Sequence record: SRR20825006_2362
Reading direction: 5' to 3' (one strand)
Length of the DNA stretch: 37,584 nucleotides
Below, one piece after another: positions 16,423 to 24,667 of the stretch (position 1 is the first letter of the stretch; each line of letters opens with the position of its first letter). A program made the position numbers and the translations under genes. The notes under the pieces were generated by a model. That model searched no databases. It was given only the letters and a program-made list of their open reading frames with translations, and was not told the DNA's origin.

Positions 16423-18437
16423 TGCGCAGCCTCCGCCACCAAAGTCTGGCTGGCGGGGAAACTAAGCGTGAAGACGGCACCGCCGTCCTTATGGTTCCCT
16501 GCAGTCACGTCACCTCCCTGTGCTTGCATAACGGACTTTGCGATGGCCAGGCCAAGGCCTGTGCCCGCAACCTGGCTATCGCTTTTATTCAGCCGTTCAT
16601 ATTTATCAAAAACTTTCTGGAGCATATCATCCGGTATGCCTGCGCCTGTGTCCCGCACCCGATAGCAGAAGCCCGCACTGGTCTGTTTCAAGGTGATGGT
16701 AATCGGCGCACCATCCGGCGAATATTTCGCTGCGTTGTCGACAATGTTTTGCAGCACCTGGGTGGTCATCATCACGTCCATCTCAACGCGTATACCTTCC
16801 ACCTGATTGTCGACCATCACCTCCCTGCCCTTCAGCCGTGACTTCAGTGCCTTGAGCACCGTGCCCACAGGCTCCATAGGGTCATGCGGGTTGCGGGCGA
16901 ACTCTATCTCACCGCTTTCAATACGGGTCATGGACAGGATATTGGTGATAAAACTATCAAGCCGCTGGGCTTCATCAAGCGCGGTTTCAGTGAGGGTATC
17001 TTCCTGCTCGTCGGATATCCGCCCTGATGCGCGCAGGCTTCTCAGCACGCTAATGCTACCAATGATGGACGCCAGCGGTGTCTTCAGGTCGTGCGAAACG
17101 CTTGAGAGCAGCATGGAGCGCAGTTTCTCGCGTTCCTCCCGGAAACGGCTGTCCGACATGTCGTTCATCAGCTCCACCCGCTCAAGCGTGGCGGCCACAT
17201 GGTCGGTCAGCGATGTCAAAAGCTGGCCAAAGGCGGCATCAAGCCGCGCCCGCATCGGTATTTTCACGCCAAACACACCGTATTTTTTGTTGCCCGTGCT
17301 CATCACTTCAAAACGCCAGCTGGACCCAATACCCAAAAGCGAGCCAAAGCCCGCGGTCTGCCCCTGCTCCCAGCATTTCTTGAGCGCAAGCTTGTCGCGC
17401 TCGTTCAGCTCTGCATCGCTTGGATAAGCAAAGAAGCGGGCGTCTTCCGCTCCTGCAACCGAGGTAACAACAAGGTCCGCCCCTGTCTCGGTGGTAGGCA
17501 GGAAGAAACCCACCTCCATGCCAAACAGCTTGTGCACTTCCCGGTCCAGTATCTCCAGCACCTGATGGGCGCTATCGGCACCCGATGTCATCTGGTGAAT
17601 GTCATAAAGCGCACGGCTGCGTCGTTCTTTCATGCGGGCACTGTCAACGCTTGCGCGCACATGCCCCCCCATGACAGACACCACAATCGCCGCAGACAGA
17701 AAGATCGCCACATTGATAATGTCTGTAAGCGTGCCCATGTAGAATTGCTCAATGGGCACGGTATAATAATAGTTGATCACCAGAAAACTGAGCACCGATG
17801 AAACAAGGGCGGGCAGCAGACCATAGCGCAGCGATACCATCACGCATGCCAACAGAAAAATGAGGGCAATATTGTGGGTATTGATGCGGTGCATGATCAT
17901 GGGCAGCATGGACCGCAGACCCTCCGCCGCCAGATAGGCAAGACCCACTGCGGCAAAGGGGGCTACAAAATGCTCCCACGTAAATGTCCCTGTGTGCAGG
18001 CGAGATAGCAGGCTCGGTTTCGACATCACGCCGTCCAGCGGCACGATAGTGACCTGCGCTTTACGTCCAAAGCGACGGGCTAGCTTGTCTGCGGTGCTCC
18101 GTGTCAGTGTGGCCGCGAGACCCGACCGGGTATGTTGGCCAATGAAGATATGCTCGATTTCCTCATCCGCTGCGAAACAGGCTTGAATATAGTCGAGGAT
18201 AGCGTTGGTGCTTTTGCCGCCGTCCAGGTGCACGATGGTGGCACCGGCGGCCTCGGCCCGACGCAACAGGCGCATGATACGCTCCTGCCGCATGGTGTTG
18301 CCCACGTCTTCATCCGGGCGTTCCAGATAAAGAAGACGCCATTCAGCGCCAGACGCAGGCATTTTCCTGAGCGCTGCATCTAACAGCAGATGGCTACGTG
18401 GATGACCATCAATACAGACAAGTACGTCCAGTGACAT
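16419..18437 (-). CDS. KdpD-like sensor histidine kinase (USP-DUF4118-GAF-HisKA-HATPase), lacking the N-terminal KdpD ATP-binding domain
   Basis: Starts at MSLDVLVCID (USP-like; RBS GAGG); 4 TM helices with NYYYTVP; SVSHDLKTPL H-box; NAAKYSP, DTGAG and GTGLGLAI boxes. Confidence 0.88.
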   Translation of the reverse strand: MSLDVLVCIDGHPRSHLLLDAALRKMPASGAEWRLLYLERPDEDVGNTMRQERIMRLLRRAEAAGATIVHLDGGKSTNAILDYIQACFAADEEIEHIFIGQHTRSGLAATLTRSTADKLARRFGRKAQVTIVPLDGVMSKPSLLSRLHTGTFTWEHFVAPFAAVGLAYLAAEGLRSMLPMIMHRINTHNIALIFLLACVMVSLRYGLLPALVSSVLSFLVINYYYTVPIEQFYMGTLTDIINVAIFLSAAIVVSVMGGHVRASVDSARMKERRSRALYDIHQMTSGADSAHQVLEILDREVHKLFGMEVGFFLPTTETGADLVVTSVAGAEDARFFAYPSDAELNERDKLALKKCWEQGQTAGFGSLLGIGSSWRFEVMSTGNKKYGVFGVKIPMRARLDAAFGQLLTSLTDHVAATLERVELMNDMSDSRFREEREKLRSMLLSSVSHDLKTPLASIIGSISVLRSLRASGRISDEQEDTLTETALDEAQRLDSFITNILSMTRIESGEIEFARNPHDPMEPVGTVLKALKSRLKGREVMVDNQVEGIRVEMDVMMTTQVLQNIVDNAAKYSPDGAPITITLKQTSAGFCYRVRDTGAGIPDDMLQKVFDKYERLNKSDSQVAGTGLGLAIAKSVMQAQGGDVTAGNHKDGGAVFTLSFPASQTLVAEAAQ

Positions 18438-18538
18438 GGCGACCTCGATTTTGTTACCCTCACCTAAGCCTAAGTTTTGCCAGATAAATATTCCATTAGG
18501 AACATAACCTTGGCCAAAATCCGGCACCTTCCAAGCAC

Positions 18539-18561
18539 AAAAAAACGGGCCAGAGGCCCGT
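18539..18561 (-). terminator. Intrinsic terminator after the dps operon
   Basis: ACGGGCC-tct-GGCCCGT followed by a U-tract on the minus strand. Confidence 0.8.
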
Positions 18562-18604
18562 CTTTATTTCTTCTGCCAACCCTGTTGGCATAGGCGCTTT
18601 TGAG

Positions 18605-18766
18605 TTATTGCCCCGGCAACTCTTCCGCGCCATCCTCAAGTTCACGGCCTGCATCATTAGCCGCTTCTTCAATCTGATCACCAAGGTCCGGCTCACGATC
18701 TACTGCCACCAAGACAACAATGGCCGCAAGCACAACACCCAGCAGAATTTTCATATTTCTAGACAT
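18605..18766 (-). CDS. Small single-pass membrane protein (53 aa) with acidic tail
   Basis: MSRNMKILLGVVLAAIVVLVAVDREPDLGDQIEEAANDAGRELEDGAEELPGQ; RBS GGAGAG; lies between dps and the terminator. Confidence 0.7.
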   Translation of the reverse strand: MSRNMKILLGVVLAAIVVLVAVDREPDLGDQIEEAANDAGRELEDGAEELPGQ

Positions 18767-18817
18767 AACACTCTCCGTTTGTTTTTTAAACCTAAGCAGT
18801 GGGGTGGGAGCCAGAGC

Positions 18818-19711
18818 TTAAAGCGACGCACCCAGCATCCAGCCCGCTTCATCGTGGAAGCGCATGCGGCTGACCATCAGGTCGACGGTAACTTCATCGC
18901 CTGCTTCTTCTGCAACATTCAGCACCTTGCGGGCCTCTGCTGCACAAACAGCGTGCGCCGCCTTGAGGTTTTTAAGCATGTCCTCGGCGCTTTCAGGCAG
19001 CTTCTCGTCATCATCAACCGCCGACAGCGCACCGAATGACTTCAGTGTACCTGGCGTGAAATGACCAAGGGCACGAATACGTTCCGCAACGTCATCACCC
19101 GCTTCGTGCAGGTCCTGATAATGTTCTTCAAACAGCTTATGCAGGCTGTGAAAGCGTGGGCCGGTGACGTTCCAGTGATAAAAGAGCGACTTCACATAAA
19201 GTGAATATGTGGAAGCCAACATGCCACCAAGCGCCTCTGCCACTTTTGTCCGGCTGTCTGCTTTGATGCCGGTATCCATTGACTGGCCATCTTTGATCGG
19301 CGTTACGAGCTTCATGTCGTCGTCTCCTGTGGTTTCGGGTTTTGTGGCCTTGATCAACTGATCAATAGCCTCTGATACATCGCGAAGAGCAGTTGCATAC
19401 TCGTGCTGCTTGGCATCCTGTTCCGCATCTGCGACAGGGCTCTCTTCCGCAATGTGGTTCTGTTCCTCAAGCGCATGCACGATCTGGTCGCGCAAATGCA
19501 TAAGGTTTTTGGGGCCGTAAGCTTCAAGCGCTTCCAGCGCAGACGCAGAGCCAGAGTAAACTCGCTCTATCCAACGCGCGAGCTGGCGCGCGTCAGAGCC
19601 CAAGCCCTCCTCCTCAAGCGCGTCATGATGACGGTTGAGGGTTTGATGGAGGCTGACAGCAAAAGAATCAAAATCTGAACTCCTGCCATATGGTGTGTGT
19701 GTTGCTGTCAT
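18818..19711 (-). CDS. dps: Dps-family ferritin-like protein with an in-frame 132-aa N-terminal extension; canonical-length Dps starts at 19315
   Basis: HWNVTGPRFHSLHKLFEEHY and DDVAERIRALG Dps motifs; AGGAG RBS before both ATG 19711 and ATG 19315. Confidence 0.88.
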   Translation of the reverse strand: MTATHTPYGRSSDFDSFAVSLHQTLNRHHDALEEEGLGSDARQLARWIERVYSGSASALEALEAYGPKNLMHLRDQIVHALEEQNHIAEESPVADAEQDAKQHEYATALRDVSEAIDQLIKATKPETTGDDDMKLVTPIKDGQSMDTGIKADSRTKVAEALGGMLASTYSLYVKSLFYHWNVTGPRFHSLHKLFEEHYQDLHEAGDDVAERIRALGHFTPGTLKSFGALSAVDDDEKLPESAEDMLKNLKAAHAVCAAEARKVLNVAEEAGDEVTVDLMVSRMRFHDEAGWMLGASL

Positions 19712-19733
19712 TTTTTATCTCCTAACTGGGAGC

Positions 19734-19798
19734 ATGATCAGCAATTGCGCATGAGTTTTCGATAGGGAGGGCAAGGGCCTAGATAAAAATCACATAAA
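19734..19798 (-). promoter_or_regulatory. Island promoter 7 (dps operon): TTTAT-N6-TTTAT, -35 TCGAAA, -10 GATCAT
   Basis: + strand ATAAA at 19783 and 19794; -35 at 19757-19762; 17 nt; -10 at 19734-19739. Confidence 0.65.
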
Positions 19799-19822
19799 GA
19801 CGGGATAGCTTGTTCGCACAGG

Positions 19823-20830
19823 TCAGGACGCCAATCTGGCCTGAAACGTGCGCCGGTATGCACCCGGGCTTGTGCCAACAAAACGCCGGAAGTGGTGCCG
19901 GAAGGTATCACCCGCCCCAAAGCCTGCGTCAAACGCGATACGGTCGATCGTCAGGTCGGTGAACTCCAGCATTTCTTTTGCAATACGCAGGCGTTCAAGA
20001 AGTACCCACTCGAGCGGGGTGTGCCCGGTGATCGCCTTGAAGCGGCGGAAGAAGGTACGAGTGCTCATATGGGCCTGCCGCGCCATATCAAGCACACTAT
20101 GCTCTGCTGCCGGATTTTTGCGGATACCATCAAGAACCGCCCCAAGCGCGGGGGAGATATCAAGCGGCAGCCTATGCTCGATATACTGCGCCTGCCCACC
20201 GTCGCGCTGCGGCGGCGCCACCATCATGCGGGCGACCTTGTTACTGGCCTCCAAGCCGTGATCGCGCCTCAGAAGGTGCAGCAGCATATCAATGCCTGCA
20301 ACCGACCCCGCTGAGGTGATCACATCTCCTTCATCAATATAAAGCACGCCCGGCTCAACAGCGGCACCCGGTGCGGCTTGCGCCAAGGCGTCTGCATATT
20401 TCCAGTGTGTTGTTACGCGCCTGCCGTCCAGCAAACCAGCCGCCGCCAACACAAAAGCGCCGGTACAGACAGCGGCGATGCGTGCACCGCCAGCATGTGC
20501 TGCCTGAAGTGTGTCGGTAATGTCACCCGGTACGTCGCCAAGGCGCCAACCGGGAACGACGATGCTATCGGCGGCTATCAATGCCTCCTGCCCGCCGGGG
20601 GCGTTCACCACCGCGCCGCCACTTGCGGTGACAGATGCCCCTTCAAGCGAACACACCTCAAGCTGATACCATGTGCCGCCCTGCCCGTCTGTTCGGCTGC
20701 CCAATACTTCCAGCACCAAAGCGAACTCAAAAAGACACAAACCCTGATAGGCCAATATGGCGATGCGGTGTGGCTCGCTGGCCGGGCGCGCTGCTTTGTG
20801 AGTTGTAGATGTCAGGGAAGGTTGAATCAT
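19823..20830 (-). CDS. FtrA/GlxA-type AraC regulator with DJ-1/PfpI domain
   Basis: VCTGAFVLAAAGLLDGRRVTTHW, TSAGSVAGID, RDGGQAQY and a C-terminal AraC HTH; ATG 20830 with GAGG RBS. Confidence 0.9.
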   Translation of the reverse strand: MIQPSLTSTTHKAARPASEPHRIAILAYQGLCLFEFALVLEVLGSRTDGQGGTWYQLEVCSLEGASVTASGGAVVNAPGGQEALIAADSIVVPGWRLGDVPGDITDTLQAAHAGGARIAAVCTGAFVLAAAGLLDGRRVTTHWKYADALAQAAPGAAVEPGVLYIDEGDVITSAGSVAGIDMLLHLLRRDHGLEASNKVARMMVAPPQRDGGQAQYIEHRLPLDISPALGAVLDGIRKNPAAEHSVLDMARQAHMSTRTFFRRFKAITGHTPLEWVLLERLRIAKEMLEFTDLTIDRIAFDAGFGAGDTFRHHFRRFVGTSPGAYRRTFQARLAS

Positions 20831-21118
20831 AAATACCTCGTTGGCACTATATTCCCATATAATGGCATTTACGCCACTTTTCAATGCCACCACATTTGCT
20901 GATATTCCCATCATGAAATGCACAAAAACCATTTCGGTTAACAATAGTCACTTCACGTCAGCGGGGCTGCTGCGCGGCTCGAGGCGCCGAAAAAATATCT
21001 CGCGCTTTCTGGGTATCTCCACCGCCTGCGCCGTGATGATCATTCGCAAACGCGTGCTTCTATCGCGTTGCACTGGCTCTTTTCACCACCATCCTGCGGA
21101 CAATTTAGAGGTTGAAGC

Positions 21119-21445
21119 ATGATTGCAAGACTATGGACCGGCTACGTGCCCAATGAAAAAGCCGATGAATATCTGGGCTTGATGAAAGAGGTTGCGATCC
21201 CCGACTATAAGAGCATCAGCGCCAATCTGGGTGCTCTTTGTCTGCACCGCCAGCTAGGCCCGGCGACTATGGTGACCATGCTCACCTTCTGGCCGGATAT
21301 TGATGCGATCAAACAGTTTGCAGGCGAGGCGTATGACACCGCAAAATATTATGACTTTGACCCCGACTTTCTTCTTAAGATGCCCGACAAGGCCGAGCAT
21401 TTTGAGGTGATTGGAGACCTGGGTTTAGGCAATTCCATAACCTGA
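21119..21445 (+). CDS. ABM-like (dimeric alpha-beta barrel) protein
   Basis: MIARLWTG...YL...N-x-G...LTFW...IKQFAG...AKYY pattern; RBS GAGG. Confidence 0.75.
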   Translation: MIARLWTGYVPNEKADEYLGLMKEVAIPDYKSISANLGALCLHRQLGPATMVTMLTFWPDIDAIKQFAGEAYDTAKYYDFDPDFLLKMPDKAEHFEVIGDLGLGNSIT

Positions 21446-21474
21446 GATTATAGGTTATCAGGAAAGCCGTGAAA

Positions 21475-21565
21475 TTACGCCACACCCGCGCCACACATAC
21501 GCCGCATAAACGCGCACACTTTCCGGAAAAGTGTGGCATTGAACGCCACACTTACGCCACACCCG
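21475..21565. repeat. Intergenic cluster of CGCCACAC repeats flanking a hairpin
   Basis: CGCCACAC at 21478, 21489, 21544 and 21555 (two pairs, each 11-bp period); TTACGCCACACCCG at 21475 and 21552; hairpin CACACTTT..AAAGTGTG at 21515-21535. Confidence 0.8.
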
Positions 21566-21576
21566 AAAACGGGCTG

Positions 21577-22560
21577 TTATCCCCAGAATTCTGCCGATGG
21601 TGGGCTGATTGCACCAAAGTCGATATTGAGACCACCGTCGCGGTCGCGCTCCATCCAGACCGGGCCATCCAGATCAAGGAACTCCGCACCTTCAGCCAGC
21701 AAAAGCGCTGGCGCCATCGAGAGCGACGTACCGATCATGCAACCGATCATGATCCTGAAACCCATTGATTCCGCTTGGTTTTTAAGGGCGATCGCCTCGG
21801 TCAGGCCACCGGTTTTATCCAGCTTGATATTGATGATATCGTAGCGGCCCTTCAGGCGCGGCAGGTCTGCCCGCGTATGACAACTTTCGTCAGCACACAG
21901 CGGCACGGCTGACACAAACCCTTGTAATTCTTCATCTTTTCCGGCTGGCAATGGCTGTTCGAGCATATCTACGCGTAGGTTAGCCAGATCCTCATGCACC
22001 TGCTTGAGGAGCTCGAAATCCCAGCTCTCGTTAGGGTCGACAATCATCCGGGGTGATGGAGCCTCTTCCCGGATTCTTCTAATTTTTTCAACAACTTGAT
22101 CACGATCAACCTTGACCTTCAACAGCTTGCAATCCTTCAGAAGTGCGGCTTTCACGGCCATGCGATCTGCAGTATCGATCCCGATTGTCAGGGCCGTGTT
22201 CGGGTCGCGCGCGGCTTCGGCGCCAGACATATCAAATGCTGTCCTGCCTGCCAGTTTGGCCTCAAGGTCCCACAGCGCGCAATCCAGCGCATTTCGCGCA
22301 GCACCTGCGGGCAATAGCCCGAGCAAATCTGCCCGGCTGCAACCAAGCTCGATGTTTTTTTCTACACCTTTCAGGGCTGCGATCACGCTCTCCGCGTTCT
22401 CGCCATAATGGGCGTAAGGTACTGATTCACCACGGCCTTTACAGGCACCTTCACGAATTTCAGCAACTGTGACAGTCACTTCCGTTCTGACACCCCGTGA
22501 AATTTGAAAAGGTTCCTTAAGGGGCCAGGTTTCAGCGTGGAACTCTACACGTCTACTCAT
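21577..22560 (-). CDS. dgcA: N-acetyl-D-glutamate racemase / dipeptide epimerase (enolase superfamily)
   Basis: FQISRG, AARNALDCALWDL, KVK, VDPNE, EQP, ADES, NIKLDKTGG, GCM and DLDG motifs; coupled to dgcN (ATGA overlap). Confidence 0.85.
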   Translation of the reverse strand: MSRRVEFHAETWPLKEPFQISRGVRTEVTVTVAEIREGACKGRGESVPYAHYGENAESVIAALKGVEKNIELGCSRADLLGLLPAGAARNALDCALWDLEAKLAGRTAFDMSGAEAARDPNTALTIGIDTADRMAVKAALLKDCKLLKVKVDRDQVVEKIRRIREEAPSPRMIVDPNESWDFELLKQVHEDLANLRVDMLEQPLPAGKDEELQGFVSAVPLCADESCHTRADLPRLKGRYDIINIKLDKTGGLTEAIALKNQAESMGFRIMIGCMIGTSLSMAPALLLAEGAEFLDLDGPVWMERDRDGGLNIDFGAISPPSAEFWG

Positions 22561-23567
22561 GGACAGGTAAAACCTTCTAGCACTGTTACAATTTCTTCCA
22601 CACCCATGCGCAACGGGTCGACGCACGGTACACCAAAAGCGTTTGCTGTGTCTGCGCAAAGTTTTTGCGCGGCTTCAGATTCAAGCGCTGAGGTGTTCAG
22701 CGAGATGCCAACCAGCCTGGCTTTGGCGTTGGTGCGCCGCGCCATCTGGAGGTTCAATTCCAGCGTTTCCGCCATTGTGGGCAACTTATAGTGCGGCAGG
22801 CTGCGCATGTGAGGGCGATCAGGTTCATGGCATAGCACAAGCGCATCGGCTTGCGCACCATGCAGTAGGCCAAGGCTGACACCCGCGTATGACGGGTGAA
22901 AGAGCGAGCCCTGACCTTCAATCAAATCCCAGTGATTTGCATCATTATCCGGGGTCAGCTTCTCGACCGCACCTGAGATAAAATCGGAGATTACCGCATC
23001 AATCGGCAGCCCCTCTCCCGCAATCAGGATACCGGTCTGACCTGTCGCACGGAAATCAGCGTTCATGCCGCGCTCCCGCATCGCAGCTTCCAGCGCCAGC
23101 GTGGTATACATCTTGCCAACAGAACAGTCCGTGCCCACGGTCAGCAGTCGCAGGCCCGCGCGTTTTGTACCACTGCCAACGGGTAGCGGCTTGTCGGTAA
23201 AGCGCAGGTCAACAAGCGCCACGCCGTTTTGCGCTGCTGCATCCCTGATCCGTTCCACACTCGACAGCCTGCGGTGCAGGCCGCTGACGATATCAAGCCC
23301 AGCCTCAATCGCCTCAACAATCGCATCAACCCAATTGTCGGTAATAACCCCGCCCGCATTCGCGAGGCCCAGAACATAGGACCGGGCGCCTGCTTTCGCG
23401 GCTTCCTTAGGTGTCATAGCCGGAAGCCCAAGGCTGATGGTACAGCCCACAAGGCTATGCTCTGCCAGACACTGCGACGGTCGCCACTGCGCCACGCCAC
23501 GCGCGGTTTTCACCGCTATCGGGTCTTGCGCTTCACCGAGGAATAGTAAATATGGGGTTTTTATCAT
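22557..23567 (-). CDS. dgcN: D-glutamate N-acetyltransferase (DUF1611 family)
   Basis: PYLLFLG, KTARG, TVGTDCSVGKMYT, ATGQTGI, EGQGSLFHPSYAGV and LLHGAQ motifs. Confidence 0.88.
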   Translation of the reverse strand: MIKTPYLLFLGEAQDPIAVKTARGVAQWRPSQCLAEHSLVGCTISLGLPAMTPKEAAKAGARSYVLGLANAGGVITDNWVDAIVEAIEAGLDIVSGLHRRLSSVERIRDAAAQNGVALVDLRFTDKPLPVGSGTKRAGLRLLTVGTDCSVGKMYTTLALEAAMRERGMNADFRATGQTGILIAGEGLPIDAVISDFISGAVEKLTPDNDANHWDLIEGQGSLFHPSYAGVSLGLLHGAQADALVLCHEPDRPHMRSLPHYKLPTMAETLELNLQMARRTNAKARLVGISLNTSALESEAAQKLCADTANAFGVPCVDPLRMGVEEIVTVLEGFTCP

Positions 23568-23661
23568 GTAGAAGGCCTCTCATATCTCTTGGTTTTACAG
23601 AGATTTAGGCAGACCATACATTCCTTGGGTAGATGAGGATAATTCTGTCGTTTCACACATC

Positions 23662-23678
23662 CATAACCTGAAGTTATG
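23662..23678. promoter_or_regulatory. LysR-type operator upstream of dgcN
   Basis: CATAAC-N5-GTTATG palindrome containing T-N11-A, about 95 nt upstream of dgcN and next to the LysR gene. Confidence 0.65.
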
Positions 23679-23680
23679 AA

Positions 23681-24574
23681 CTAGAGAGAGCCCATCTCTG
23701 AATAGACCTGCTTGAAGTATTTCAAAAAGTGGGCGCACACCCTCGATAGCGGCCTGACCTCATCAGATAGTGCAACAACATCATAGGCAATCGCGGGCTC
23801 AAGAGGCGTATATTCAAGCGCCTGATCACCGCCCGCCAGCGCTGTAAGGTGATCCACTAGCGCAATGCCGCATCCAAAACCTACAAGGCTTTTAGCGATA
23901 TAATATGTTTGCACAGACACAACCGATTGAAGCTGCACCTGGCTGTTTTGGAGATGTGCGGCAAGCAACTGGGACAGCGGCCCGCTTGACCTGATCCCCA
24001 CGACCTCCCGCTCGCTCAAATCCTGGAGCCGAATACGACCCGAGTTAACCTCTACATCCCCCGGTTTGTGGACACAGACAAACTCGCCCCGCCCCGCCGG
24101 ATGCCGCGAAACCCCTGATAGCGCTGGCGGGTTGAACGCAATGGCGATGTCGCAGTTCTGCTCCCTGATGGAAGAGAGTATCTCACTGAAATGGGCAGTG
24201 CTGATGTCAAAGGTCACGTCAGGATTCTGTTGCCTGAAACCCGCAATCGCGCGCGGCAGCACTTCTAACCCCAAAGCCGGCATAACAGCAATTCGAACAT
24301 GGCCTGAGCGGCCAAGCTTGAGGTTGTTGGCTCTGTTTTGCAAAGCCCCAACCTGATCATAGATGCCTTTAACATCATCAAACAGCGCGTGCGCCTCGGC
24401 CGTGGGTACCATTTTGCCCTTCACCCGGTCAAACAAGCGGTACCCCAGTGTATCCTCTGCGTTACGCAATACCTTGCTAACCGAAGGCTGCGATACATTC
24501 AGATACTCTGCCGCCATGGTGACCGAACCACAGCTATAAACGGCATGAAAAATCTCTATCTGACGAAGGCGCAT
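23681..24574 (-). CDS. LysR-family regulator (DgcR-like by context)
   Basis: MRLRQIEIFHAV...SVTMAA..LNVSQPSVSK HTH plus substrate-binding domain. Confidence 0.92.
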   Translation of the reverse strand: MRLRQIEIFHAVYSCGSVTMAAEYLNVSQPSVSKVLRNAEDTLGYRLFDRVKGKMVPTAEAHALFDDVKGIYDQVGALQNRANNLKLGRSGHVRIAVMPALGLEVLPRAIAGFRQQNPDVTFDISTAHFSEILSSIREQNCDIAIAFNPPALSGVSRHPAGRGEFVCVHKPGDVEVNSGRIRLQDLSEREVVGIRSSGPLSQLLAAHLQNSQVQLQSVVSVQTYYIAKSLVGFGCGIALVDHLTALAGGDQALEYTPLEPAIAYDVVALSDEVRPLSRVCAHFLKYFKQVYSEMGSL

Positions 24575-24667
24575 GAAAGCTGGCTCAATTCTGCTTCAAA
24601 AAATGACGCGCCATTACGACACTGTCGGTGAAGATTTGTCAAACCTCTACCATCAAGCGCCAGAGAT

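Noticed and set aside
21475-21565. CRISPR array
   Set aside because: Repeats are only 8-14 bp, lack regular spacers and have no cas genes nearby.
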